Shown here: positions 20,895-30,972 of the stretch, piece after piece
Numbering within the stretch: position 1 is the stretch's first letter
Layout of the letters: each line of letters opens with the position of its first letter
Assembly (NCBI GenBank): GCA_963837955.1
Contig: CAWIPH010000002.1
Location: forward strand, 4,448,001-4,512,000
Direction of reading: 5' to 3'
Origin: an uncultured Verrucomicrobiae bacterium
GTDB lineage: Bacteria > Verrucomicrobiota > Verrucomicrobiia > Chthoniobacterales > JAFAMB01
Length of the DNA stretch: 64,000 nucleotides
Translations under genes and position numbers: made by a program
The notes under the pieces: model-generated
Told to the model about the DNA's origin: nothing
Database searches by the model: none
What the model saw: the letters and a program-made list of their open reading frames with translations, nothing else

Positions 20895-21721
20895 GCAACG
20901 AAAAGAAAATCAGCACGCGCGGCCGGATTTGGTTTGAAACACTCGCTGGAAAACAAGCGAAGCATGTACCAAGCGTACCATCGGTCCTGGTCGCCGATAC
21001 GACGCTGCAGCAGGAACGGGTTCGATTTCTTGCCATCGTGCCGGACCCGGACAATCGCTTTCCCTGTGCGCGCCAGGGACAAGTCGGACTGCAAGAGGGA
21101 TGGAACCTGGCCAAGCAGATTCGTGACGCGATCAAGGCTGATGAAAACGGCGAAAAGCGAGCAATCATTGCCATCGTTGACGTTCCTAGCCAAGCCTACG
21201 GCCGGCGCGAGGAACTGCTCGGTATCTTTTTGGCAGCAGCGGCGGCAACGGATGCTTACGTCTCCGCTCGACTAGCCGGGCATCCCGTGATTTCTCTGCT
21301 GGTCGGCCATGCCATCTCTGGCGGTTTTTTGACCCACGGCGCCCAGGCGAACCGGCTGTTGGCCTTCAACGATTCCGGCGTGGTGGTTCACGCGATGGCG
21401 AAAAATGCCGCGGCACGGGTCACCCGGCGGACCGTGGAAGAACTCGATAAGTTGGCCGAGACGGTCATTCCCATGTCTTACAAAATCCAAGACTACGCCA
21501 AACTTGGCACACTCTACAAATTGATCGACGGCGTGAATGTCGATTCACCAGAACCGGAACAGGTTGATCAGGTACGGGCCAATTTGTTGGCGGCCATCGC
21601 CGATGCCCGTTCAGGTCAAAGGGATTTGAGCGACCGCCTCCAATCCGAGGGCGCTCAGAAAAACCGGACCGCCACCCTCGCGGTACGGCAGCGGCTCGCT
21701 GCGGAGTGGCATTCTAACTAA
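20891..21721 (+). CDS. mdcE: Malonate decarboxylase gamma subunit
   Basis: VD.PSQAYGRREELLG, ARLAGHP, SGGFLTHG.QA; ATGA overlap with mdcD. Confidence 0.94.
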   Translation: MSNEKKISTRGRIWFETLAGKQAKHVPSVPSVLVADTTLQQERVRFLAIVPDPDNRFPCARQGQVGLQEGWNLAKQIRDAIKADENGEKRAIIAIVDVPSQAYGRREELLGIFLAAAAATDAYVSARLAGHPVISLLVGHAISGGFLTHGAQANRLLAFNDSGVVVHAMAKNAAARVTRRTVEELDKLAETVIPMSYKIQDYAKLGTLYKLIDGVNVDSPEPEQVDQVRANLLAAIADARSGQRDLSDRLQSEGAQKNRTATLAVRQRLAAEWHSN

Positions 21722-21729
21722 ACGAGTTT

Positions 21730-22671
21730 ATGACGCTGATGATCGCTGACGCACTGGTGCCCGTCTTTTTTGTCATGTTTCTTGGCTACTTCGCTGGCGC
21801 GAGGCGCATTATCGATAATCAGCACGTGGCCAGCCTGAACGCGTTGGTAATGACGTTTGCCCTGCCGGCCGCACTCTTTGTGGGTGTAGCCCAGACATCA
21901 CGTAGTGGACTGGCAGGGCATGAAAAGCTTTTCCTCGTGCTTTTTATTTCCATGTCGATGATTTTTGGGATCACGTTTGCTCTTAACCGCTACGTCTTTC
22001 GTTTGAATCCGGGCGAGAACGCCGTCCAGTCATTGAGTGTCGGCTTCCCCAATTTTGCCGGGGTCGGCATGCCCTTGCTGGCTAGCGTCATCGGCCCAGG
22101 AAGCGCGGTTAGCGTGGCAGCTTCGATCGCTGCAGGCTCGGTCTTTATCTCCCCGTTGACTCTGGCGATTTTGGAATCGCGCGGAAAGGCGGCCGGTTCT
22201 TCACCTCATCCGATTGCGACCGCGCTCTTTCATTCCGTTTGCAAACCGGTGGTGATTGCTCCCGTTGCTGGCCTGGTCGTGGCGCTCCTGGGGGTCCACC
22301 CAGACGAAGTGGTGAGTCATGCACTTAACCTCATCGGCGCAACGGCCGCTGGTCTCGCCTGTTTTGTGACCGGCTTGGTTCTCTCAGCTCAGTCCTTGCA
22401 TCTGGATGTGAATGTTGGCGTTGGTGTCCTCATGAAAAACATCGTTCTCCCGTTAGTTGCCTATCTTATCACTCTCGCGCTTGGGATGTCGGGTGAGATC
22501 GCGCGAGAAGCGATCCTCCTGGCGGCCGTGCCTACCGGATTTTTCGGGATTCTCTTTGGGTTAAACTATGGGGTGAGGTCCCAGGCTATAGGCTCGACGG
22601 TTACCCTCAGTTCTCTTCTTAGCGTCATTACGTTGTCAGCAGCAATTCTTCTGACTTCGCAGATGAAATGA
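21730..22671 (+). CDS. AEC-family transporter (probable malonate permease, MdcF-like)
   Basis: About 10 TM helices, FALPA.LF, FPN....G.P, K.....P motifs; position in the mdc operon. Confidence 0.85.
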   Translation: MTLMIADALVPVFFVMFLGYFAGARRIIDNQHVASLNALVMTFALPAALFVGVAQTSRSGLAGHEKLFLVLFISMSMIFGITFALNRYVFRLNPGENAVQSLSVGFPNFAGVGMPLLASVIGPGSAVSVAASIAAGSVFISPLTLAILESRGKAAGSSPHPIATALFHSVCKPVVIAPVAGLVVALLGVHPDEVVSHALNLIGATAAGLACFVTGLVLSAQSLHLDVNVGVGVLMKNIVLPLVAYLITLALGMSGEIAREAILLAAVPTGFFGILFGLNYGVRSQAIGSTVTLSSLLSVITLSAAILLTSQMK

Positions 22672-23306
22672 GGGCTCACGATTTATTGCAGATTTCCGGG
22701 TTGGCCGATCTAGTTTATGTCGGATGGGAGCTGCCGGAAAAGCGATGTCCGCTCTGGGTTGAGCGCTCCCTGCAGGAAGCACCCTTCGTCGTCATTCGTC
22801 GGGCCAACTTGTTCGATGGAATGATTCCAATCGGGGTTCGCGGTTCAGCGCGTCAGCAAAGATCCGCCGCTTATCTCGCTCCCGAATCGATCCGCAACCG
22901 GATTACTCCTGAACAACTTGCCGCAAATCGAGGATGGCTGGCCAACGCTCGAACCGAGGAAATCCCGGGCCTCAAGGTCTTGGCTGGCATCGAAGAAAAG
23001 CTGGCTAACTTCCCGCTGGCTTTTGGACCAACCGGAAGCATCGGTTTCGAACTCGCGAGTGGCCTTCCGACGGCGACATCAACCAGCGATCTCGATTTGC
23101 TTATCCGCGCTCCAGAACGCTGGCCGATGCAACTAGCGCAAGAATTGATTACGATTTTCTCTGGGGGTCCGTGTCGGGTCGATGCCCAACTCGAGACGCC
23201 TCGGGGCGCAGTATCCCTGGCTGAATACGCGAGTGGCCAAACGCCGCTGCTTTTACGACAAAACGGTGGTCCAGTTCTGGTCGATGATCCGTGGGCCGGA
23301 GAATAG
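22668..23306 (+). CDS. mdcG: Malonate decarboxylase holo-ACP synthase
   Basis: R.HDLL, GVRG..R.QR, GPTGS.GFELASG, SDLDL, D.QLETP.G. Confidence 0.93.
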   Translation: MRAHDLLQISGLADLVYVGWELPEKRCPLWVERSLQEAPFVVIRRANLFDGMIPIGVRGSARQQRSAAYLAPESIRNRITPEQLAANRGWLANARTEEIPGLKVLAGIEEKLANFPLAFGPTGSIGFELASGLPTATSTSDLDLLIRAPERWPMQLAQELITIFSGGPCRVDAQLETPRGAVSLAEYASGQTPLLLRQNGGPVLVDDPWAGE

Positions 23307-23370
23307 CCAATAACCAATAGCCAATAGCCCATTTGCTATTGGCTATCGGCTATTGGTCATTACCTGCGGC

Positions 23371-24306
23371 ATGAGCGTCGCATTCCTCTATCCAGGACAG
23401 GGAGCACAAACCCCGGGTATGCTTCACCAGTTGCCGGACCGCGCCGAAGCTACTCGGACACTGCAGGAAGCAAGTCAGGTTCTTGGTCACGACGTGCTAA
23501 CGCTCGATACAGAACAGGCACTTTCGTCAACCGTGCCGGTTCAACTTGCCCTTTTTGTTTCTGGGGTTGCCGCGACCCGGATTATGCAAGCCGAAGGAGT
23601 AAAGCCGGATATCGTTGCCGGTCTTTCGGTTGGAGCTTTTGCGGCTGCCGTTGCCGCCGGGGCGCTTGTTTTCAAGGACGGTTTGAGCCTGGTGAAGTTG
23701 CGCGCTGAGTTGATGGAGAAAGCATATCCCCAGGGACATGGGTTAGCGGCGGTTATCGGATTAAGCGAAACGCACCTTTCTCAAATAGTCAGTGAAATCA
23801 ATAAACCCGAATCTCCGGTCTTTATCGGGAACTTGAATGCACCAACCCAATTTGTCATTACAGGATCCGATTCCGGAATGGAAAGCGTGCTCAAGCGCGC
23901 CAAAAATGAAGGGGCGCGCATCGGCAAACGTTTACGGGTCAGTGTCCCTTCTCATTGTGTTCTATTGAAAAGTGTTGCAGACGAATTGACCCGCGCTATC
24001 GCCAAGATCGAGATCAAAACACCCAAAGCAATCTATGTTAGCAACCGGCGCGCTCGCGCGCTGCGCGATCCCGATGGAATTCGAGAGGATTTGGCAACAA
24101 ACATCGCACACCCGGTCCGTTGGCACGACGCGACGACAGTTGCTTATGAGCGAGGCGTCCGTTTTTTTGTAGAATTGCCGCCGGGCCACACCCTGACCGA
24201 CCTGGCGTCCACCGCATTTCCAGATGCTCGATCGATCGCTTTGAGTCAGATGCAGATCGACTCGGCGGTTAAGCTGATTAAGCGGCAGGCAGAAAGAGTG
24301 GAGTGA
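23371..24306 (+). CDS. mdcH: Malonyl-CoA:ACP transacylase (epsilon subunit)
   Basis: PGQGAQ, GLSVG, VSVPSHC, PVRW. Confidence 0.93.
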   Translation: MSVAFLYPGQGAQTPGMLHQLPDRAEATRTLQEASQVLGHDVLTLDTEQALSSTVPVQLALFVSGVAATRIMQAEGVKPDIVAGLSVGAFAAAVAAGALVFKDGLSLVKLRAELMEKAYPQGHGLAAVIGLSETHLSQIVSEINKPESPVFIGNLNAPTQFVITGSDSGMESVLKRAKNEGARIGKRLRVSVPSHCVLLKSVADELTRAIAKIEIKTPKAIYVSNRRARALRDPDGIREDLATNIAHPVRWHDATTVAYERGVRFFVELPPGHTLTDLASTAFPDARSIALSQMQIDSAVKLIKRQAERVE

Positions 24307-24340
24307 CGTCCAGCAAGCAACACTCATCGTCGATTCTACT

Positions 24341-24711
24341 CGTCCTCGTGCTCGTCCTCGTGCTCGTCCTCGATGCGTCGAATTACCCCTGATGGGGAGG
24401 GCGCACGTCCTCGCGCGCCGTGGTTGCTTCACCCAGCGCCGAAACCGGACGATGGAGCGGAAATGTCAGCATCATGGGTTAGGCAGCGGATTGCGAGGAC
24501 GCAATCCCTCCCGCGTTTACTCGTTGGAATAAAATCGTCCTCGTCGTCGTCCTCGATGCGTCGATTACCCCTGACAGGGAGGGCGCGCGTCCTCGCGCGC
24601 CGTTGTTGCTTCACCCAGCGCCGAAACCGGACGATGGAGCGGAAATGTCAGCATCATGGGTTAGGCAGCGGATTGCGGGGACGCAATCCCTCCCCGCGTC
24701 TACCCGTTGGA
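24341..24711. repeat. Tandem pair of ~180-bp GGGAGGG...CCCTCCC REP-like units with hexamer linkers
   Basis: ~24365-24528 and ~24548-24711 are near-identical. Confidence 0.85.
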
Positions 24712-24830
24712 CCGTCCTCGGCTCGATGAATAACTTCGGACCGACTATAAGGACGAATTATCGAGAAGTCGCTTCATTCTGCTAACAATTCCCACGGATC
24801 ATTGTTGACTATCAACCCGCGGCCATTTGC

Positions 24831-24948
24831 GCGACCGCAGCGCACAGTCTCTGCCATCGAGAGAAATAACCGAATCTGACAAAGCTACGCGAGCTTCGTC
24901 TCATTTGAATTCCTTATTACAAGACACAAAACAAACAATTTCACTTAT
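24831..24948 (-). pseudogene. Remnant of a LysR gene 5' end plus its upstream control region
   Basis: 24831-24880 matches 15621-15670 at 44/50 nt (QIRLFLSMAETVRCGR vs QIRSFLSVAETLHFGR), start codon lost; 24903-24948 matches 15692-15737. Confidence 0.75.
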
Positions 24949-24977
24949 CGTGGAGAACCAATGAAATAGGATCTTAT

Positions 24978-25757
24978 ATGATTTTCAATAACCTCAAAAA
25001 TTCCTTCTTGTCAGCCGCCGCCTTCCTTGTCCTCGCCGGGACGGCGGTTCCCGGGCTGGCCGCACCGGTCAAGAATATCGTGTTGGTTCACGGTGCCTGG
25101 GCAGACGGTTCTGGCTGGAAAGGCGTTTACGACATTCTTGTCAAAGATGGCTACAACGTCAGCATCGTTCAGGAGCCGGAGACGTCCTTTAAAGAAGATG
25201 TGACTGCCACGAAGCGCGTCCTTGCTCAACAAGATGGACCTTGCATTCTGGTCGCTCACAGCTACGGGGGAGCCGTAGTTACTGAAGCCGGGACGGATCC
25301 ATCTGTCGCCGGATTGGTGTACATCGCCGCCCACATGCCAGATGCCGGAGAGAATGAGGCTGACGACGGAAAGCGCTTTCCGAGTGACCTCAGCAAGTCT
25401 ACTGCGATAAAGAAGACGGCTGACGGTTTCACTTACCTCGACCCCGCGCAGTTTCATGAGTATTTCGCAGCCGACCTGCCAACTGAGCAAGCCGCTTTCA
25501 TGGCGCGATCACAAGTGCTTAACGCAGCTGACAATTTCAAAGCGGTCATCACCACGGCTGCTTGGAGAACCAGACCAAGCTGGATGTTGGTAGCGGCAGC
25601 AGACAGAACCATCAACCCTGACCTCGAACGGTGGTATGCGACACGAGCCCACAGCCACAAGGTAGAGGTAGAGGGAGCCAGCCACGCTGTCTACGTGTCA
25701 CATCCCAAGGAAGTGGCGGCGCTGATTGAGGAAGCCGCACAGCATGCTATACCGTAG
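24978..25757 (+). CDS. Secreted alpha/beta hydrolase
   Basis: Signal peptide, VLVHGAWADGSGW, AHSYGG nucleophile elbow, ASHA. Confidence 0.9.
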   Translation: MIFNNLKNSFLSAAAFLVLAGTAVPGLAAPVKNIVLVHGAWADGSGWKGVYDILVKDGYNVSIVQEPETSFKEDVTATKRVLAQQDGPCILVAHSYGGAVVTEAGTDPSVAGLVYIAAHMPDAGENEADDGKRFPSDLSKSTAIKKTADGFTYLDPAQFHEYFAADLPTEQAAFMARSQVLNAADNFKAVITTAAWRTRPSWMLVAAADRTINPDLERWYATRAHSHKVEVEGASHAVYVSHPKEVAALIEEAAQHAIP

Positions 25758-25788
25758 CGGCTGGCATTACTGAGCAGGCAGAATCGCT

Positions 25789-25824
25789 GCCCCTAGCAGA
25801 CCTTGAGGTTAGCTGGGGGCTTTT
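25789..25824 (+). terminator. Probable rho-independent terminator
   Basis: gcccctagc...gctgggggc stem followed by tttt, just after the hydrolase stop. Confidence 0.6.
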
Positions 25825-26127
25825 GCTTTCCTGCACAGCCGCTTTCGCGATGCGGAACGCATGGTATCCCGTTGCGAACTCGGGAAGTGCAAATCGATTG
25901 GTTGTCTGTTAGTTGTTTAGACATGGCTCAGATTCTGTTGATGTTCAGGCATCTGCCGAATCGATATGCAAAGTTAAATTAATGATTAGGTAGACCCGAA
26001 AGACATGTGAGATTCCGACCATGTCAGAACTCTTGGATGATAAGGTAGCTAAGGTGCCAACAGTGAATCTGCCGAACCCGCAGACTGTAGTTTGCCCAAG
26101 CGTCTAACTAAAAGGACCGGCTTCTTG

Positions 26128-27201
26128 ATGAGCTCATTTGACGGGAATCGACTGAAGGAAACCTCGCAGACAGCATGTTCAATGCAGCGATTTGAACTTT
26201 GGTGGACACTCTTAGAAACAGCAATTCAAACACCTTCACCGCACAATGTGCAACCTTGGCGTATTCGGCTCATATCGGAACAAGAAGCAGAGCTCTACAT
26301 CGACGGGAAGAGAACACTCCCCAAAGAAGACACAACAGGCAGTTTCATTCTTTCCACAATGGGTATGTTTGTGGAAGCGATTACGCTTTTGGCGGCTCCA
26401 AAAGGGTTCAATCTTGAATATGAATTGAGCCATGCGCCTGAATGGTATGCCCAGGCCATTATTCACGACAAGAGGAGCGACCTGTTACCTTTCGCCCGCT
26501 TGCACTTATCTCCGTGTTCACCCCGGGAGAACCCCTATCCTGAGTCGCTTTTCCTGAAACGACGCACTTCTCGGATTTGTTTGTCGCCAACTCCGATAGG
26601 AGATAGCGCGTTCGCGACTTTGGCAGAGCTGGCAACCAAATGGGGGCAGCGGTATGAACAGATCACCGACCCGGAGCAAATTGAAAATGTACTGGCGCAA
26701 AACACGAACGCGCTCTTCGAGGATTTGAATACTCCAGCCTACCACGACGAGATTGTTTCGTGGTTTCGCTTTACCGATCGAGCAGCAAAGCGGCATCGGG
26801 ATGGACTGGACTGGCGCTGCATGAACACGTCAAGGACGGCCTTCTGGCTAGCGGCTCGAATTCCCAAACTCCTTGTGTTTCCTGTCACGCGACCTTTGCT
26901 GAAACGCCAGTATCGCCGGCAGCTCGGCTTGGTGCCAACGATTGGCCTGCTGGCAGGCGATTTCTTCCGCGCTTCCAGCGCATTTCAGACTGGACGTTTT
27001 CTCATCAGATTTTGGCTCGAAACCGCACGACTCGGACTTTTCATACATCCCTACGGCAATCTGGTGACAAATCCTTCCGCGGCGACTTGGCTCGCTGAGA
27101 CTACCAACATCAAGGACATCTGGTTGATTTTCAAAATAGGGCATTCTGAGGTGCCACCCAAGAGTTATCGACGTTCGCTTGCGGATGCGATGGTTAGTTA
27201 A
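26128..27201 (+). CDS. Nitroreductase-fold (Acg-like) protein
   Basis: A...PSPHNVQPW motif, KRRTSR, C-terminal F.IG.S...P.S.RR; start uncertain (26092/26128/26182). Confidence 0.7.
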   Translation: MSSFDGNRLKETSQTACSMQRFELWWTLLETAIQTPSPHNVQPWRIRLISEQEAELYIDGKRTLPKEDTTGSFILSTMGMFVEAITLLAAPKGFNLEYELSHAPEWYAQAIIHDKRSDLLPFARLHLSPCSPRENPYPESLFLKRRTSRICLSPTPIGDSAFATLAELATKWGQRYEQITDPEQIENVLAQNTNALFEDLNTPAYHDEIVSWFRFTDRAAKRHRDGLDWRCMNTSRTAFWLAARIPKLLVFPVTRPLLKRQYRRQLGLVPTIGLLAGDFFRASSAFQTGRFLIRFWLETARLGLFIHPYGNLVTNPSAATWLAETTNIKDIWLIFKIGHSEVPPKSYRRSLADAMVS

Positions 27202-27209
27202 CTGCCCTC

Positions 27210-28706
27210 ATGAGATCCGTACTCTCCAGTTTCGCGTTGCGCACAGTTCTTTGGATTCTTTGGCTCCTTCGTCGGCTCATCAGTATGGATGGTAGTACCT
27301 ATGCTTTGATGAACGCGAGCAGGCTGCAGTGGTTCCTGGTGCGGGTCGGACGGATGGGTGCGCATGCCGCTTATCTGAAAGCCCGCACAACGTGTCCCGC
27401 TTATCAGGACTTTCTCGATAAGATGGGGTATGAAGAAAAAGGACGGTGGCGGCTCGACGCGTTGCCAGAAATGACCAAGGAAAACTATGTCAAGAAGTAC
27501 AGCATAGAACAACGCTGTTACGGAGGCGCCATTCCAAAGGCAGGCGTTGTCATCGACGAGTCATCCGGATCAACCGGCATGCCGAACAATTGGGTGCGGA
27601 GTGCGGCGGAACGCACTGATGTAAAACGCATCCTCCAGTTGAACTACCAGCTAATCTATCGCGATAGCGGATGCATTCTCCTCAATTGTTTCGCTCTCGG
27701 ACCTTGGGCGACTGGAATGAATATTTCTATGTCTCTCGTGGAGATGGGCATATTGAAATCGATCGGTCCCGACCAGAAGAAGTTGGAAAATACATTAGAA
27801 CTTTTCGGTCCCAAATACCGCTACCTGATCTTCGGTTATCCGCCATTTATTAGAGCATTTGTCGATGAGACCCGCCTCGATCTTTCCAAGTACCAATTTG
27901 ATCTGATCGTCGGAGGCGAGGGACTCTCAGAAGGTCTGCGATCACACCTTCGACAATATGCGCGCAGCGTGATTTCGTCGTATGGAGCATCGGATCTGGA
28001 AATCAATATCGCCGTCGAAACCGAGCTGACGATCGCCCTCCGGCGCCTGTGCTTGAAGAATGCGGCGCTCTCAAAAAAGCTCTTTGGCCGCGATACTCCG
28101 CCGATGATTTTTCAATACAATCCTCTGGATTACACCATTGAAACAAACAGCGAGAACGAACTGCTATTTACTGTTGGCAGGCAATCGGGGGCTGCACCAA
28201 AAATACGCTACAATCTACGCGATTCCGGCGGCGTCTTTTCCTTTTGCTCTCTGTCCCGCGTGTTGGAAAATGACGGCATTCCGCTCTCAGGGCTTGCCCC
28301 GCGGCACAGTTCGCTGCCGGTGTTGTTTGTGTATGGGCGTAACGATGCAACCGTCCCTTTCTATGGCGCAAAAATCTATCCGGCCGATCTGGAACGCGTC
28401 ATTAATGAGGACCCAGTGCTAGCCATGGAGATTCACTCCTTCCAATTGAAAGTTATCGAAGATGAACAACTAGAGAACAAACTACAGGTGCATCTTGAGT
28501 TGTCGAAAAATCGTGGAGACGGGTTGCGTTCGGATCTTGAAAAACTGCAGGGAATGATCTTCAACGGCTTGATCCGTGTGAATCAAGATTTTCGTGAGGT
28601 AACAAAAATGTTCGACCGCAGCCAAGTCCAGGTCTTCTTGTATGAGTACGAGAACGGGCCATTTGCCGGGAGAGATGTTCGCATCAAGAACAAGTACATA
28701 GCATAA
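27210..28706 (+). CDS. Phenylacetate-CoA ligase (PaaK)-like adenylate-forming enzyme
   Basis: ESSGSTG.P P-loop, GYPPF, GGEG, SSYGASD, PKIRYN..D.G, GR.D. Confidence 0.8.
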   Translation: MRSVLSSFALRTVLWILWLLRRLISMDGSTYALMNASRLQWFLVRVGRMGAHAAYLKARTTCPAYQDFLDKMGYEEKGRWRLDALPEMTKENYVKKYSIEQRCYGGAIPKAGVVIDESSGSTGMPNNWVRSAAERTDVKRILQLNYQLIYRDSGCILLNCFALGPWATGMNISMSLVEMGILKSIGPDQKKLENTLELFGPKYRYLIFGYPPFIRAFVDETRLDLSKYQFDLIVGGEGLSEGLRSHLRQYARSVISSYGASDLEINIAVETELTIALRRLCLKNAALSKKLFGRDTPPMIFQYNPLDYTIETNSENELLFTVGRQSGAAPKIRYNLRDSGGVFSFCSLSRVLENDGIPLSGLAPRHSSLPVLFVYGRNDATVPFYGAKIYPADLERVINEDPVLAMEIHSFQLKVIEDEQLENKLQVHLELSKNRGDGLRSDLEKLQGMIFNGLIRVNQDFREVTKMFDRSQVQVFLYEYENGPFAGRDVRIKNKYIA

Positions 28707-28729
28707 CGATTAGTCATGGTGTTCCCCAC

Positions 28730-29220
28730 GCCGACTTGTCCGACGAAGCCTCCTCCGATCTTCGAGCCACCGCTAATGGTCGGTGAAGTCGGACTTGTCC
28801 GCCATAGCCCGTCCTCTCAAAGCCAATATTCTGAATATGTTTGGCGGCGGCGGAAGGCGTTAGAGGACTCAGCCCATGTCCCATTCGGTTATTTCAACAG
28901 GTCCGTCAGGCCTTCATTTGCTATCTGCTATTTGCTATTTGTCATGCGCTTCGCCCGAGGCTTTGCGTAACCCTGGGTAAAGCACCACAAGCGGTCCGCT
29001 CTGAAAGAGCGCAAGAAAAAGACGAGATCGAGGAAAACAGGCTCGGAAGGGCAAGACAGATTTTTGAACAGAAGGAAGCAAAGACGGCCCAGTACTGACT
29101 ACCGATCAGAGCGCTTCCGTCTGCAATCTGTCATCTGTCATCTGTCATGCGCTTCGCCCGTCATGGGCTTCGCCTGTCATGCGCTCCCCCCTAACTCTCC
29201 TAAATTCCAGATTCCAGATT
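28730..29220. repeat. Mosaic repeat module
   Basis: gacttgtccgacgaagcc family copy closely matching 4254-4480, heptamer runs, tandem gtcatgcgcttcgcc. Confidence 0.85.
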
Positions 29221-29259
29221 AACTCGCCGCTTTTTCCGGAACTTGATACACCCAAACCG

Positions 29260-29823
29260 ATGAAAAGGCGCGATCATCGGAATTCCTGGTTAATCTGTTT
29301 ATTCCTGGCTCTTCCACTTGGATACTCCGCGTTTGCGGGCGAACGCTATCAAGTCGAGCGATCTGCCGGAGGCGCCTGTAAGATTTACAGCGAGCGGCAT
29401 ACACTCCTGGCAACCGGGCGAGCGAATGGCTCAATGCCGGTTGGCGTTTGGACCTACTATGAATCGACAGGCCTCGGACTAGCGGAGATTCGCTATCAGC
29501 GAGGGATCAAAAACGGCCTATTTAAGACCCGGTACGGATCGAGCGCCAATCCGCATGCTGCAGGCAAATTGCAATTACTCGGGCAGTTCCGGAGCAATCA
29601 AATGGATGGGCTAATCAAAGCGTACGACTCCGATGGCAAACCACTGTTAAATCGGCAATATGTTGACGGAAAGATCGTGCACGCACAAACTTTTTTCGGC
29701 ACTCCCAGCACCGATACGCCAACAGCCTTCGCTGTGGCAAAAAAGCTGGATCAATCGGACCAGGCTTTCTTCCGACAAATTGAACCCATGGTCTTTGATG
29801 GGCTAAAATCAGACGGAAGATGA
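29260..29823 (+). CDS. Secreted MORN-variant repeat protein (YwqK-like)
   Basis: Signal peptide, repeated G.W..Y..G, G.K.G.F..Y, G.MDG....YD.DG. Confidence 0.7.
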   Translation: MKRRDHRNSWLICLFLALPLGYSAFAGERYQVERSAGGACKIYSERHTLLATGRANGSMPVGVWTYYESTGLGLAEIRYQRGIKNGLFKTRYGSSANPHAAGKLQLLGQFRSNQMDGLIKAYDSDGKPLLNRQYVDGKIVHAQTFFGTPSTDTPTAFAVAKKLDQSDQAFFRQIEPMVFDGLKSDGR

Positions 29824-29952
29824 AGCGTTCCAGACTGACTCTATTTGAAACTGTGGATTTTCGCGGGCACGATTGCGTCCGAATATCTTCCTTGGTCTGC
29901 GCCCATTTTCATAGAAGTCGCCGAGGGTGCCGATCACTTCTAAATTCTAAAT

Positions 29953-30972
29953 TCACACCGCCACCGCCTCAATAACCGTCATTGGCGAGCGGATCGGGGT
30001 GTTCTTGGAGAAGCGGAGGCCCGCATCGTTCAGCAATCCGCAAAATTCGGCCAGCGTACGCTCGCGACCGGTTAGCAGCACCATCATGTTAAGATCCATG
30101 AGTGGAGCTACCCCAGGCTCGCCGATCTCCCCGAGAAGCATCTCGATCACGATGACCCGACCGCCCGGTCGCATCGCTTCCCGGCATCCTTGAAGGATGC
30201 GCACCGCTTCTTCATCGTTCCAATCATGCAGAATATTTTTGAGCAAATAAATATCGGCTTCGGGGACATAAGTGAAGAAATCCCCGCCCAACGCCTTGCT
30301 ACGTTCGGCAAGTCCTAGTGCCGATGCCGCAGCTGTCGCGCTCGGCACCACATCTGGTAAATCGAAGACGATCCCATGCAAGTGCGAATTGGCTATCAAC
30401 AGACTGTGGACCAACGTTCCGCTCGCGCCGCCAATGTCGACTGCGAGTTTTGCAGTTGATGTATCGACCACCCGCGCGACTTCTTGCGCTAGTCCGGAAG
30501 TAAAGCCATGCATCGCGTTTGTGAAAGCTGTGCCTTCTTCGGGTCTTTGCGCATAATAGTCCCACATCTTGGCGCCGAGCGCTGGTACGCTCTGGGATTC
30601 ACCGGTCCGTACAGCGTCCGGGAACCTACCCCAAGATAGCCAGTGGCCCGGTGCTGACCAGGCTATCGCGAGGCTATGCAGCGAACCGGGCACGTTAGCC
30701 CGCAGAGTACCTAATAGCCGAGTTGCGCTAAAGGTCGGCCCATCGAAGGTCACTAGTCCAAGTGAGGCACAAGCGCGGAGCAGGCGGAAAGCCGCGGTTG
30801 GATCGATGCCTTCTATTGTGGAAATCTGTTCCGCAGTCGCAGGTCCCTTTGCCAGGTGATCCGCAATCGAGTAGGTAGCCACAGCACCGGCTATCTGCGT
30901 CAAAAAAAAGCCGGTGAGCATCTGCATCATCTGTTCGAAATCTTTGTCCGTTGCCTCCAAGGCGGTCGTCAT
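29953..30972 (-). CDS. SAM-dependent O-methyltransferase (family 2, with dimerisation domain)
   Basis: VDIGGASG, FDLP.V, GDFF, KNILHDW, GRERT. Confidence 0.92.
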   Translation of the reverse strand: MTTALEATDKDFEQMMQMLTGFFLTQIAGAVATYSIADHLAKGPATAEQISTIEGIDPTAAFRLLRACASLGLVTFDGPTFSATRLLGTLRANVPGSLHSLAIAWSAPGHWLSWGRFPDAVRTGESQSVPALGAKMWDYYAQRPEEGTAFTNAMHGFTSGLAQEVARVVDTSTAKLAVDIGGASGTLVHSLLIANSHLHGIVFDLPDVVPSATAAASALGLAERSKALGGDFFTYVPEADIYLLKNILHDWNDEEAVRILQGCREAMRPGGRVIVIEMLLGEIGEPGVAPLMDLNMMVLLTGRERTLAEFCGLLNDAGLRFSKNTPIRSPMTVIEAVAV

